Positions 20,250 to 30,316 of a DNA stretch of 64,000 bases are shown here, piece by piece. The notes under the pieces were generated by a model. The model saw nothing but the letters and a program-made list of their open reading frames with translations. It was not told where the DNA came from and made no database searches. The DNA is from Candidatus Latescibacterota bacterium (GTDB taxonomy: Bacteria > Latescibacterota > UBA2968 > GCA-2709665): assembly GCA_965116875.1 (NCBI GenBank), contig OZ220733.1, forward strand, positions 4,608,001-4,672,000. Reading direction: 5' to 3'. A program made the position numbers and the translations under genes. Position 1 is the first letter of the stretch. The number at the start of each line of letters is the position of its first letter.

Positions 20250-21308
20250 ATGAAGGAAAACTTCCCGTCCGCCGTTTACGCAAAGGAGAAGTCCATGGGT
20301 GCGCCGCCGGAACTGCTTGCGATTCAGCCCCGTATAAAGGATGAAACACCCACCGAACCGTTGTCGTTCGGAGCGCGTCTGAGACGCGAGGGTGTCGTTC
20401 TGCGGCGTGAGGCACTGGAGACGCTTCAGATCAACGTCGGGAAACTGTGCAACCAGGCGTGCAGGCACTGTCACGTGGATGCCGGTCCCCACCGGACGGA
20501 AGTGATGACTCGGGAAACGATGCGGGGTATCCTGACGTTTCTCGCCGCCACGGATATTCCCCTGGTGGATATCACGGGCGGAGCGCCGGAGGTGAACCCC
20601 GATTTCAGATATCTGGTGAAACAGGTCCGGCGGCTTGGTCGCAGCGTGATGGTACGGTGCAACCTTACCGTGGTTTTTGAGCCGGGCCTGGAAGACCTGC
20701 CTGACTTCTACCGTGAGCACGAGGTGGAACTGGTCTGTTCACTGCCGTGTTACCTGGAGGAAAATGTCGATCAGCAACGTGGAAAGGGCGTATTCTTCGA
20801 TAGCATCGAGGCGCTCAGACGTCTGAATGCAATCGGATACGGAAAGCCGGACTCGGACCTGCGGCTTCACCTTGTATACAATCCGGTCGGAGCGTCGCTC
20901 CCGCCGCCGCAGCACGAACTCGAGGCCGACTATAAACGGATACTTGACGAGCGCTACGGCATTTCCTTCAATCGGCTCTTTACAATAACGAATATGCCGA
21001 TCAGCCGGTTTAACGACTATCTGAGGCGTCGCGGGGAGTACGACAGCTACACCCGGACGTTGCGGGATCAGTTCAACGCGCAGACGATCGATAACCTGAT
21101 GTGTCGTTTTCTCGTGAGCGTCGATTGGGAAGGCAATATCTACGACTGCGACTTCAACCAGATGCTGGACATGCATCTGTCCGGGCAGCCGAAGAAACTG
21201 TGGGAGGTGTCGCCGGAGTGGTTGGTGGACAGGAGGATCCGTATCGCCGACCATTGTTACGGTTGCACCGCCGGCGCCGGAAGCAGTTGCGGCGGTGAAC
21301 TGGCTTGA
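20250..21308 (+). CDS. arsS: ArsS-like radical SAM / Cys-rich protein (arsenosugar biosynthesis family, DUF3641 C-terminus)
   Basis: CNQACRHC (Cx3Cx2C), DITGGAPE, SLPCY, YDCDFNQ and C-terminal HCYGCTAGAGSSCGG; start could be 20295. Confidence 0.88.
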   Translation: MKENFPSAVYAKEKSMGAPPELLAIQPRIKDETPTEPLSFGARLRREGVVLRREALETLQINVGKLCNQACRHCHVDAGPHRTEVMTRETMRGILTFLAATDIPLVDITGGAPEVNPDFRYLVKQVRRLGRSVMVRCNLTVVFEPGLEDLPDFYREHEVELVCSLPCYLEENVDQQRGKGVFFDSIEALRRLNAIGYGKPDSDLRLHLVYNPVGASLPPPQHELEADYKRILDERYGISFNRLFTITNMPISRFNDYLRRRGEYDSYTRTLRDQFNAQTIDNLMCRFLVSVDWEGNIYDCDFNQMLDMHLSGQPKKLWEVSPEWLVDRRIRIADHCYGCTAGAGSSCGGELA

Positions 21309-21351
21309 AGGTCGACAGCCCGCTTGCGGTCTCAGCCGGAAGGTGTACGAA

Positions 21352-21380
21352 GGGGTCGCCCCGCTCGAGGGGGCGACCCC
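21352..21380. terminator. GC-rich hairpin between convergent arsS and arsC
   Basis: ggggtcgcccc / ggggcgacccc 11-bp stem. Confidence 0.6.
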
Positions 21381-21383
21381 GGT

Positions 21384-21800
21384 TTATTGCCCGCCGGCAT
21401 CGAGAAACGCACGTATTCGGCCGCGTATCTCGCCTCTGACCCGCCGAAAGACGGTCATGCGCTCCGCTTCGGTTCCGGTTGATGCCGCCGGATCGTCGAA
21501 TTCCCAATGGAGACGTTGGGTGGCGCCCGGGTAGACGGGGCAGTTTTCATTTGCCCGGTTGCAAACGGTGATGACCACGTCCATCCGGGGGTCCGCGAAG
21601 GTATCCGGCCCCTTCGACCGGTGGCCGGAGATATCGATACCGACTTCCGCCATCGCCTTCACCGCAAGCGGGTTCAGGGGCGTGGGGCGGGTGCCTGCGC
21701 TGAAAGACTCGAACCGGTCTCCCGTGAGATGACGGAGAAAGCCTTCCGCCATCTGGCTCCTGCAGGAGTTTCCGGTGCAGAGGAACAATACGCGCTTCAT
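21384..21800 (-). CDS. arsC: Thioredoxin-type arsenate reductase (LMW-PTP family)
   Basis: CTGNSCRSQMAEG P-loop, ITVC..ANENCP redox Cys pair and DDP. Confidence 0.9.
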   Translation of the reverse strand: MKRVLFLCTGNSCRSQMAEGFLRHLTGDRFESFSAGTRPTPLNPLAVKAMAEVGIDISGHRSKGPDTFADPRMDVVITVCNRANENCPVYPGATQRLHWEFDDPAASTGTEAERMTVFRRVRGEIRGRIRAFLDAGGQ

Positions 21801-21905
21801 ATCGTCGCCTGTTGGGTTCATCTGCGGGTTTCGGACGGGATGACGTCAACCGAAAGGGTAACCGACGATGGAGGCAGGCAACAGGGTCGTCCGCAACGCA
21901 GGGAA

Positions 21906-23153
21906 TCAGCGGGTAAACGCATGCTTGATCTTGTCCACGGCCTCCACAATGTCGTCCAGGTCGTCCCGGGAGCCCAGGAGCATGGACTGGTAGAACCATA
22001 CGCTGTGCCTGCATACGGTTTCAACGTTCGGACAAGGCAGCCTGCGGACGGTATCGGGATATGTGTGCGAGACGCTCTTCAGGGCGCCCTCGTCCGTGAG
22101 CGGTCTCCTGTAGCCAGGGGTGCAGTCGATGCCTTCCGCGGTCAGGGCCGTGATGAATTCGTCTCTGCTTCGACCGCCGAACTGCTCCGGGTCGTAACGC
22201 GTCATGTAGAGATGGTACCCGTGCCGCGTGACCCAGGGCCGGGTCAGGGGCGGGGTTACGCCTCCGATTCTTCGCAGTTCCCCGGTCAGATAGGCCGCGT
22301 TGCTGCTTCGAACCTCGGTCTGAAGCTGAAGGCTCTCGAGCCTGACCAGAAGGAGGCACGCGAGGTACTCGGACGTTCTGTAATTCCATCCGTGCCGCGG
22401 GTATTCCCAGCGTTCGCCTCCGGGCCGCCGGCCGACGTCCCTGAACGCGCACGCCCGTTCGTAGATGTGCGCTTGGTCGGTGACGAGACAGCCTCCTTCG
22501 CCGGCCGTCAGGTTCTTGCTCGACTGAAAGCTGTAGGCGCCGACGTCGCCGAGCGGGCCGACTTTCCGCCCGTTATGTTCGGCGCCGTGGGCCTGGGCGG
22601 CATCTTCAACGACCGCCAGCCCGTGTTTGTCCGCAATGGCGTTCAGGGCGTCCATATCCGCGGGGTGCCCGCCCAGATGCACGGGAAGAATGCCGACTGT
22701 CCGATCGGTTATGGCCGCCTGCACCGCATTCGGGTCGAGCGTAAAACTCACCGGGTCGATATCCACCAGCGCCAGCCTGCAGCGCACCGAAAGGGCAGCG
22801 CTGGCCGTAGCGATAAACGTATAGTTCGGAATGATGATCTCCCCGCCTTCCCGGAGGCCGTCGAGATCGAGCGCTCCCGCGATGGATGCGGAAATCGCGT
22901 CGGTACCATGCGGCATCATCAGGCCGTAGCGAGCGCCGCAATAGGCCGCGAACGCGTTACCGAACCGGTCGCTCCTGTTTGCCGGAAGCCCCTCTGTCTT
23001 TTCAAGGTAGACTTCCCGAAGCGACGGCTCGATTTCCCGTTTCCACTCCGACTCTGTATTGACGGGCCAGGAAGGCCACGGTTTCGTGAGCCGATCGCGT
23101 ACGGGCGTGCCCCCGTTCACCGCCAACCGGTCTGCAGAAATCACATTCGGCAT
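21906..23153 (-). CDS. DegT/DnrJ/EryC1/StrS aminotransferase
   Basis: YTFIATA, PVHLGG, EDAAQAHG and SFQSSKNLTAGEGG. Confidence 0.92.
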   Translation of the reverse strand: MPNVISADRLAVNGGTPVRDRLTKPWPSWPVNTESEWKREIEPSLREVYLEKTEGLPANRSDRFGNAFAAYCGARYGLMMPHGTDAISASIAGALDLDGLREGGEIIIPNYTFIATASAALSVRCRLALVDIDPVSFTLDPNAVQAAITDRTVGILPVHLGGHPADMDALNAIADKHGLAVVEDAAQAHGAEHNGRKVGPLGDVGAYSFQSSKNLTAGEGGCLVTDQAHIYERACAFRDVGRRPGGERWEYPRHGWNYRTSEYLACLLLVRLESLQLQTEVRSSNAAYLTGELRRIGGVTPPLTRPWVTRHGYHLYMTRYDPEQFGGRSRDEFITALTAEGIDCTPGYRRPLTDEGALKSVSHTYPDTVRRLPCPNVETVCRHSVWFYQSMLLGSRDDLDDIVEAVDKIKHAFTR

Positions 23154-23306
23154 GGGTTCTCCATCGAGCGGACCGGGATCTTTCCTTCATTTCCGGCCAT
23201 GTGAATTGGAATTTGCCTATGAGAAAAAAGCCTTACGCCGGGACGACGGAGGCGCCAGCAAAAAAAAAGCGCGAATCAGGAAACCGGCCGCTCCTGCAGA
23301 CAGGAG

Positions 23307-24548
23307 TCAACCGGTCACGAGTTCGCACGCGGCGGCACGGACCCGTCTCTCGCCGTCCACCGCAAGCCCGGCATATCTGGGTTCCATGCCCCCTTCCCGG
23401 TGGGCCCGGGAGGTACTCAGGTAACCGACGTCGGCGGTTGGACCCGACAGGACGACCGTGAGCGCACCCCGCGCCGCCGACCTGATCGCGGACGCGGTCT
23501 CTACGAAGATTTCGCCAGGCAGATGGACAATATTGAAACCGGACACGGAGACCCGCGTTACCGTATAATCCAGAGACCGCCTGCCCGTCGCATAATGCCG
23601 GCTTCCGTAGGCCTGAAATCGTTGAAGTCCGTCCGACCGGTTCGGCGACGCTTTGAGTTCGGCCTCGACGGCATCGGGGTCCTTGTGCGCAAACGTGGGT
23701 ACCCGAATGGTTTTCCGTGTGACGTGCAGATCGTCTGAACCGTTCATGCACGCCTGTTCCAGCGCATAGAGCGCGGCGCCCCCTACACTGTTGCCCACGC
23801 GCCTGTAAGTACGTCCGGCGCGGCTTACGGGCACCACGTTTCCGATACTGCCCGGAAGAAACAACGCGTTGACACCCGCCGATTCCACCACATTGCGGAC
23901 GACGCCCGGATAATCTGCGGAAATATGCCCGTATTTGTCCGTGCTGCAAAGCGCGTGACAGCCGAAAACAATCGCACAGTGGATCGGCTTGCCCTCCGTA
24001 TCGTCAATTCGGATGACGTACACGTTATCATCCACTTCGGCATAGGTGAGTTCGGGACGGGGGTAGGGGAATTTGAAGTTGCTCATGACCAGCTTGCCGT
24101 CCCGGTCGTATGAGCGCCGGTTATAAAGGATGTTGGGAGCGGAACCGGCGCCCATGCCCAGACGGGAGGGCGCCATTGCATCGGCGGCCGCACGGATGGC
24201 AGCCGCCATATTGTCCGCGAAATCATCCTCCCTGCCGTAATATTTAAGCGCCTCGCAGGGAATGCTTACATAGGATTGAAAGAGAATGGGCGTGGTACCG
24301 ACGTGGGATGCGCAGGGGAGGATGTGATCGGGATTCAGCCATGCAATGTCTTTTACCCGTTCCCTCACGCGGACCATGATATCCTCTTCGATGCTGAAAC
24401 AGTCTCCGGCGAGGAAGGTGACGTTGGTATCCCCCTTCCGGAGGATCAGGGCGCGGAATGAAATCGGATCGTAGACCCGGAAAGAGCCGTCTGACGGTTC
24501 ATCGGGCGTGAAGTCCTGTGCGCCGAAGCCGGCATCCACCACGATCAT
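23307..24548 (-). CDS. Neutral/alkaline ceramidase-like hypothetical hydrolase
   Basis: DP..RAL, ASH, YNRR, GCHA, ISADYPG and LPGEIF motifs of bacterial ceramidase-like proteins. Confidence 0.65.
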   Translation of the reverse strand: MIVVDAGFGAQDFTPDEPSDGSFRVYDPISFRALILRKGDTNVTFLAGDCFSIEEDIMVRVRERVKDIAWLNPDHILPCASHVGTTPILFQSYVSIPCEALKYYGREDDFADNMAAAIRAAADAMAPSRLGMGAGSAPNILYNRRSYDRDGKLVMSNFKFPYPRPELTYAEVDDNVYVIRIDDTEGKPIHCAIVFGCHALCSTDKYGHISADYPGVVRNVVESAGVNALFLPGSIGNVVPVSRAGRTYRRVGNSVGGAALYALEQACMNGSDDLHVTRKTIRVPTFAHKDPDAVEAELKASPNRSDGLQRFQAYGSRHYATGRRSLDYTVTRVSVSGFNIVHLPGEIFVETASAIRSAARGALTVVLSGPTADVGYLSTSRAHREGGMEPRYAGLAVDGERRVRAAACELVTG

Positions 24549-24652
24549 CTCCTTATGTAGAGGTTCAGTTGAGAAAGTGGTTCATTGATAGCGCAATTGG
24601 CAGGTCGCGTCAAGCCATTTCGCGGCATTCCCGCCCCGCCGGGCCGCGGATC

Positions 24653-24681
24653 TTGACGTATCCGCCGGCATGGGTTACATT
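24653..24681 (+). promoter_or_regulatory. Putative sigma70 promoter
   Basis: TTGACG-17 nt-TACATT upstream of the FAD/Fe-S oxidoreductase. Confidence 0.6.
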
Positions 24682-24801
24682 ATCGCCTTGTCCGCGCCGG
24701 TATGGTCGCTTCGTCAGGGGTTTCGCGGACGGTAACAGTTGCAAACCGATGCTGGTGCGTGTCAGGGCGCCGGTGGCGCTGGACGACGCAAGGGAGATTT
24801 G

Positions 24802-27669
24802 ATGAAGGACCTGCTGGGGGAGCTTGAACGGGAACTTTCGGGAGAGGTGCGATTCGACAAGGCCTCCCGGATACTGTACAGCACCGATGCGAGCATGTAT
24901 CAGATTGAACCGTTGGGGGTGGTTCTGCCCAGACATCGGCAGGACGTCCTGCGGGTCCTTCGGCTTGCCCGTGAATTCGGGGTGCCGGTATTGCCGCGCG
25001 GCGGGGGGACGGCGCTTGCGGGACAGTGCGTCGGCCCCGGCGTGATTATGGATCTGTCCAAATTCATGAACAATGTCCTGGAATTGAACGAGGAGGAGGG
25101 ATGGGTGCGTGTACAGCCCGGCGTGGTTCTGGACGAATTGAATTCGTTCCTGAAGCCATACGGTCTGCAATTCGCCCCGGACGTGGCCACGAGCAGCCGC
25201 GCGACGATCGGAGGAATGATCGGCAACAATTCGGCGGGGGCGCATTCGGTAATCTACGGGAAGACCATCGACCACGTGCTCGAACTCGAGGTGGCTCTCG
25301 CGGACGGTACGGAAACCCTGTTGACGGAATTGTCCGAAGCGGAAGTGATCGGGAAGGCTGCACAGACGGATCTCGAAGGCGGGGCGTACCGGGAGGTCCT
25401 GCGGCTTGCGCGGGTCCATCGGTCCGAAATCGATCGCCGGTACCCGAAGATCCTTCGTCGCGTGGGCGGCTACAATCTCGATGAGTTCACGAAACCGCAG
25501 CCGTTCAATATGTGCCGTATGGTCGTTGGATCCGAGGGCACCCTTGCCACCGTTCTGGAAGCCCGGCTGCGCGTGATCCCGCTTCCTCGCGCCAGGGTGT
25601 TGGGCGTCGTACAGTTCCAGGACCTCATCGAGTCTATGGCTGCCGTCGCGCCCATCCTCGAGACCGGTCCGGCGGCCGTGGAGCTGGTGGATCGCATGAT
25701 TCTTGAGCAGACCCGCGGGTCGATCGCGCTGTCCAGGCAGCGAGGCTGGGTTGAAGGAGATCCCCGGGCGGTACTGATCGTGGAATATTTCGGTGATTCC
25801 CTCGACGTGTTGACGCCGCGGCTTGACGCGCTTGAGGCCGCGATGTCGGAACATGGTCTGGGCTATGGCTTTCGGCGGGCCGTATCGGCCGGGGAACAGG
25901 CTGACGTATGGAACGTGCGTAAGTCAGGCCTGGGTTTGCTGATGGGCGTCAAGGGGGATACGAAGCCGGTGGCATTCGTCGAGGATTCCGCCGTGTCGCC
26001 GGAAAAGCTGCCGGATTATATCCGCGACTTCGAGCGAATCGTGCGAGAGTACGATACCACGGCCGGCTACTACGCGCATGCCAGCGTGGGCCTGCTCCAT
26101 ATCCGACCGATGGTGAACCTGAAGACCGCGGCGGGCGTGTCTAAAATGCGCGGGATCGCGGAGGCCGTACGGGAACTGGTGCTGAGATACGGCGGAGCGA
26201 TGAGTGGCGAGCACGGTGACGGTCTGGCACGAAGCTGCTGGAACGAGCGGGTATTCGGTTCCACGCTGTACAATGCGTTTCGGGAAATAAAGCACGCGTT
26301 CGACCCGCAGGGGTTGATGAATCCGGGGAAGATCGTGGACGCGCCCATGATGACGGAAAACCTGCGGTTCGGTCCCGCGTACAGGGCCCAGGAGCCGCGC
26401 ACCCACTTCGATTTCTCGGCAGACGGAGGATTCCATCGGGCGGTGGAGATGTGCAACGGCGTCGGTGCATGCAGGAAGAAGCTTCACGGGACGATGTGTC
26501 CTTCGTACATGGCGACGCTCGACGAGGCCGATTCAACCCGCGGAAGAGCAAACGCGCTCCGGGCCGCCATATCCGGCGGACTCGAGGGCGGCCTGGCCGA
26601 CGAGCGGGTCTACGAGATCCTGGATCTGTGCCTGGAATGCAAGGCGTGCAAGTCGGAATGTCCGTCAAACGTGGACATGGCCAAGATCAAGTATGAATTT
26701 CTCGCGCATTTCTACGGCAAGCACGGAAGACCGCTGCGGGAATGGTTGTTCGGCAATATCGAGACCTTGAACCGTGTCGGATGCGCCCTGGCGCCCCTGT
26801 CCAACTGGTTCGCCGGTACCGGGTTCGCGAGGGCGGGAATGCGTATCCTCGGCATCGCGCCGAAAAGGGGTCTGCCCCCATTCGCCCGGCAGACGTTCAC
26901 CGACTGGTTCGCCCGACGCGAGAAGCGGCCGCGTGAGCGCAAGGTGGTGCTTTTCAATGACACGTACCTCACGTTCAATGAACCGGACATCGGAATTTCG
27001 GCCACACGCTTTCTCGAGGCCGCGGGGTATGAAGTCATCCTTCCGGAGAAGCGGTGCTGCGGCCGGCCGCTCCTGTCCAGCGGCCTGATGGAACAGGTGA
27101 AGGAGAATCTGGCATTCAATACACGGCGCCTCCATGCGTACGTTGCGCAGGGGTACGATATCGTGGGCTTCGAACCCAGTTGCGTTTCCATGTTGACGGA
27201 CGACTACCCTGAACTCAACACGGATACCCGTGTCAGGGAGGTTTCCGAACGGTGCTATACGTTGGAATCCTATCTGAGCCTGCTGGCGGAACGCGGCGAG
27301 TTGCAGGTGGCCTTTTCGGACCTGAAGAAGGAGATACTCGTCCACGGACACTGCCATCAGAAGGCGCTCTGGGGTGTCGCTCCTTCTCTCGAGGTGTTGA
27401 ATCTACCGCCGGGATACTCTGCATCGGCCATCGATTCTGCCTGCTGCGGCATGGCCGGCGCATTTGGATATCAGGCGGAACACTACGACATTTCCCTGAA
27501 GATGGGCGAAGACCGGCTTCTGAAGGTCATCCGGCAGGCGGGGCCGGAGACGGAAATCGCTGCTGCCGGGCTGTCGTGCAGACAGCAGATTCACCATGCC
27601 ACGGGACGGACCGCGCGGCACCCGATTCAGATCCTGTGGGAAGCGGTCGCGACCAAGGAGGAAGTCTGA
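24802..27669 (+). CDS. FAD-linked oxidase / Fe-S / CCG-domain fusion (D-lactate dehydrogenase-like, YdiJ type)
   Basis: PRGGGT, TIGGMIGNN, GSEGTL, SGEHGDG, 4Fe-4S motifs CNGVGAC and CLECKAC, and CCG domains. Confidence 0.92.
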   Translation: MKDLLGELERELSGEVRFDKASRILYSTDASMYQIEPLGVVLPRHRQDVLRVLRLAREFGVPVLPRGGGTALAGQCVGPGVIMDLSKFMNNVLELNEEEGWVRVQPGVVLDELNSFLKPYGLQFAPDVATSSRATIGGMIGNNSAGAHSVIYGKTIDHVLELEVALADGTETLLTELSEAEVIGKAAQTDLEGGAYREVLRLARVHRSEIDRRYPKILRRVGGYNLDEFTKPQPFNMCRMVVGSEGTLATVLEARLRVIPLPRARVLGVVQFQDLIESMAAVAPILETGPAAVELVDRMILEQTRGSIALSRQRGWVEGDPRAVLIVEYFGDSLDVLTPRLDALEAAMSEHGLGYGFRRAVSAGEQADVWNVRKSGLGLLMGVKGDTKPVAFVEDSAVSPEKLPDYIRDFERIVREYDTTAGYYAHASVGLLHIRPMVNLKTAAGVSKMRGIAEAVRELVLRYGGAMSGEHGDGLARSCWNERVFGSTLYNAFREIKHAFDPQGLMNPGKIVDAPMMTENLRFGPAYRAQEPRTHFDFSADGGFHRAVEMCNGVGACRKKLHGTMCPSYMATLDEADSTRGRANALRAAISGGLEGGLADERVYEILDLCLECKACKSECPSNVDMAKIKYEFLAHFYGKHGRPLREWLFGNIETLNRVGCALAPLSNWFAGTGFARAGMRILGIAPKRGLPPFARQTFTDWFARREKRPRERKVVLFNDTYLTFNEPDIGISATRFLEAAGYEVILPEKRCCGRPLLSSGLMEQVKENLAFNTRRLHAYVAQGYDIVGFEPSCVSMLTDDYPELNTDTRVREVSERCYTLESYLSLLAERGELQVAFSDLKKEILVHGHCHQKALWGVAPSLEVLNLPPGYSASAIDSACCGMAGAFGYQAEHYDISLKMGEDRLLKVIRQAGPETEIAAAGLSCRQQIHHATGRTARHPIQILWEAVATKEEV

Positions 27670-27773
27670 GCTCACGCAGGCGAATCCACGTCCGGGAACC
27701 GTTCGCGCAACCAGAACCCTCTCCCGGTCCGGGATCCGGAATTGAGATACGATGGTAGAAAGCGGGGCCCGTA

Positions 27774-28286
27774 ATGAATCTATTGAAATACATCCGTGAG
27801 GTACCCGATTTTCCAAAACCGGGCATCCTCTTCAAAGATATAACGACCCTGTTGAAGGATCCCGCGGCACTCGACACCGCCGTTCAGCGGCTTGCGGACC
27901 CGTTCCGAGATAAGGGTGTGTCCGTTGTGGCCGGGATCGAGTCCCGGGGTTTCATTCTGGGCGCCGCCGTAGCCAGGGACCTGGGTGCGGGATTCGTACC
28001 GATCAGAAAAACCGGAAAGTTGCCCTCGAAGACGGCTTCGGCGAGCTACGTTCTGGAGTACGGCACGGACAGCATTGAAATCCATACCGACGCGGTCGCG
28101 CCCGGGCAGTGTGTGCTTCTACTCGATGACCTGCTGGCGACGGGCGGAACCATGGAGGCGGCTGTCAGTCTCGTTAAAGGACTGGGCGGTCAGATTCTCG
28201 GTATTTCCTTTCTGATCGAATTGACGGCATTGGACGGACGCTCGAAGCTGAAGGGGGAAAACGTGACGGCGCTGGTTTCGTGTTAG
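27774..28286 (+). CDS. apt: Adenine phosphoribosyltransferase
   Basis: PDFPKPGILFKDIT, ESRGF, LEYG and DDLLATGGT. Confidence 0.97.
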   Translation: MNLLKYIREVPDFPKPGILFKDITTLLKDPAALDTAVQRLADPFRDKGVSVVAGIESRGFILGAAVARDLGAGFVPIRKTGKLPSKTASASYVLEYGTDSIEIHTDAVAPGQCVLLLDDLLATGGTMEAAVSLVKGLGGQILGISFLIELTALDGRSKLKGENVTALVSC

Positions 28287-28299
28287 CAGAGTTTATTAT

Positions 28300-28372
28300 G
28301 CCCCTGTAGCTCAGAGGATAGAGTAGCGGATTCCTAATCCGTTGGTCGCAGGTTCGAGTCCTGCCAGGGGCA
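28300..28372 (+). tRNA. tRNA-Arg (CCT), CCA not encoded
   Basis: gcccctgtagctcagaggatagagtagcggattCCTaatccgttggtcgcaggttcgagtcctgccaggggca, followed by T8. Confidence 0.96.
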
Positions 28373-28525
28373 TTTTTTTTAGCCGATTCCAACGTGGCGG
28401 GGGAGCAATCGTGATTCGTCTGTTCGTAGCGGGCGAACTGTCAAAGATCTACGCTTACCGGAAAGCCGGGCTGACCGAATGTTTCCCCTGAGGTACGGGC
28501 TTGTGTTCGGAGGGCATCCGGCAGC

Positions 28526-29635
28526 GTGTCGGACGCGGGTATGAATGCCGATAGGATGGAACGGGAAGTGCGTATTACGTCGGTCACGGCGACCCAGCCG
28601 ACATCGGCCGGAAGTCCGAACGACTGGCGGACTTCGATGGGTCAGATCGCCGTCAGCGTAGAGACGGAAGACGGGCTGACGGGCTATGGCGTCGGGGGCG
28701 GCGGTGCGGCGGGCATTCACGTTATTCAAACCGAACTGCGCCGGCTTCTGCTCGGCAGCGACGCCACGCGGGTCGAAGACCTCTGGGACGATATGTATCG
28801 GGCTACGCGTCCGTACGGCCGGAAGGGCATTGCGGTAATGGCGGTCAGCGGCGTGGATCTGGCATTGTGGGATCTGAGGGGAAAACGGGAAAGAAAACCG
28901 ATCACAGGGGTGCTGGCGGGCGACATCGTGTCGCCGACGGATGCGGTGCCGTGTTATATGACGGGATTCTCCGCCGAAGAAGTGATCCGGTCGGGTGCGA
29001 AGGGGTTCAGGGCGCTCAAGTTTCACGTGGGGCTGAAGCCGAACCGCAATATCGCGGACGTGGTTGTTCCCATTCGGCGAGCGAGGGAGGTCCTGGGGCC
29101 AGACGTTCGCCTGATGGCGGACGCGGCGATGAATCTGGACGTCGAAGCGGCGCTGCGGTTGATCGACGCATTGCAGGGGTGCAATCTTGACTGGCTCGAG
29201 GAACCCTTGCCGCCGGAGGATCTGGAAGGATACGGGAAGTTGCGCGACCGGAGCCCGATTCCAATCGCGGGCGGGGAACATGAATACACGGCGGACGCTT
29301 TCGAAGTTCTGATGAGGGATCGCCTGCACGCGATCGTACAACCGGACGTTACCTGGTGCGGCGGACTTACGGAGTTGCTGAAGATCTACAAGATGGGTGA
29401 GCGCCACGGAATCAGGGTCTGCCCGCACCGTGGAAGCGAAATATGGGCGCTCCACGCGATCGCGTCCATAGATCCCAATCCACTGGCCGAGTCGGGCAGA
29501 CCGTGGATCGACTGGGTGAACGGGCAGCCTGAAATCGCGGATGGAAGTGTCGCACCCGGCAGCGAACCCGGCTTCGGGGTGAGGCTTCCCATCCGTTTCA
29601 GGAACCAACCGGGTCGCGGTGGGCAAAAAGGTTGA
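28526..29635 (+). CDS. Mandelate racemase/enolase superfamily sugar-acid dehydratase (rhamnonate dehydratase-like)
   Basis: SGVDLALWDL, metal ligands MAD / LEEP / GEHE, QPDVTWCGG; start uncertain (28526-28556). Confidence 0.88.
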   Translation: MSDAGMNADRMEREVRITSVTATQPTSAGSPNDWRTSMGQIAVSVETEDGLTGYGVGGGGAAGIHVIQTELRRLLLGSDATRVEDLWDDMYRATRPYGRKGIAVMAVSGVDLALWDLRGKRERKPITGVLAGDIVSPTDAVPCYMTGFSAEEVIRSGAKGFRALKFHVGLKPNRNIADVVVPIRRAREVLGPDVRLMADAAMNLDVEAALRLIDALQGCNLDWLEEPLPPEDLEGYGKLRDRSPIPIAGGEHEYTADAFEVLMRDRLHAIVQPDVTWCGGLTELLKIYKMGERHGIRVCPHRGSEIWALHAIASIDPNPLAESGRPWIDWVNGQPEIADGSVAPGSEPGFGVRLPIRFRNQPGRGGQKG

Positions 29636-29660
29636 CATCAGTCCCGGAATGCCATACTAT
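29632..29660 (+). promoter_or_regulatory. Putative strong sigma70 promoter
   Basis: TTGACA-17 nt-TACTAT, overlapping the upstream stop codon. Confidence 0.65.
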
Positions 29661-29789
29661 TTGATCGAACGGCGGCCATTCGCTGAACCGTCGATCTTGC
29701 TCGACGGGTGTACAGTATCAGCTTGATTCGCTGTAAGAACGTCGCGTTTTGGTCTCCCCCGGATGCTATGAGAGATCGGGAGGAGTTGG

Positions 29790-30137
29790 ATGTCCCAACG
29801 ACCAGACGGATATCTTGAAGACGATCGGATATTGGCGCGTCTCGAGGACCCGGTCGATGCCGAGGCGTTTTCGAATCTTATGGAACACGCCCACCGGCAG
29901 GGCATGAGCGCTGCCGACTTTGTGCGTGAAGTGCCTGAGCGAACGTCGAGAAAGGCGATTCGACGTCTTTGTCTCAAGGACAGGAAGCAGACGTTGCGTG
30001 CGAGATTTTCCTCGGTTGCCAGGAACCTGTGGGGGCGCCCGGCGGAGGATCCGGAGACGGGTTATATTCAGTCACTTTATACAACACACGACCGGCCGCA
30101 GACACCGGGGCGGAACGGACAGAAACCCAAACGATGA
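29790..30137 (+). CDS. Hypothetical protein (115 aa)
   Basis: ggagga RBS before ATG; ATGA overlap with the next ORF. Confidence 0.6.
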   Translation: MSQRPDGYLEDDRILARLEDPVDAEAFSNLMEHAHRQGMSAADFVREVPERTSRKAIRRLCLKDRKQTLRARFSSVARNLWGRPAEDPETGYIQSLYTTHDRPQTPGRNGQKPKR

Positions 30138-30316
30138 TCCAGGATAACCGACAGGCGTTGAAGGTACACATTCACGAACTGGAAGAACTGGTCGAGTCGA
30201 TGCTTGTACACGCACGGTCCGGAAATCAGGAGGCCAGGGAACGCCTGGTTCATATTCATCGTGAGGTAATGAACAAACGGCATCGCCTCAAGGACCTGTA
30301 CAGGCAGGATGGCTGA
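30134..30316 (+). CDS. Hypothetical helical protein (60 aa)
   Basis: Translationally coupled (ATGA); amphipathic heptad pattern MIQDNRQALKVHIHELEELVESML... Confidence 0.55.
   Translation: MIQDNRQALKVHIHELEELVESMLVHARSGNQEARERLVHIHREVMNKRHRLKDLYRQDG

Noticed and set aside
21507-23204. 565-aa + strand ORF
   Set aside because: Antisense shadow of arsC and the DegT gene; no motifs; typical of high-GC DNA
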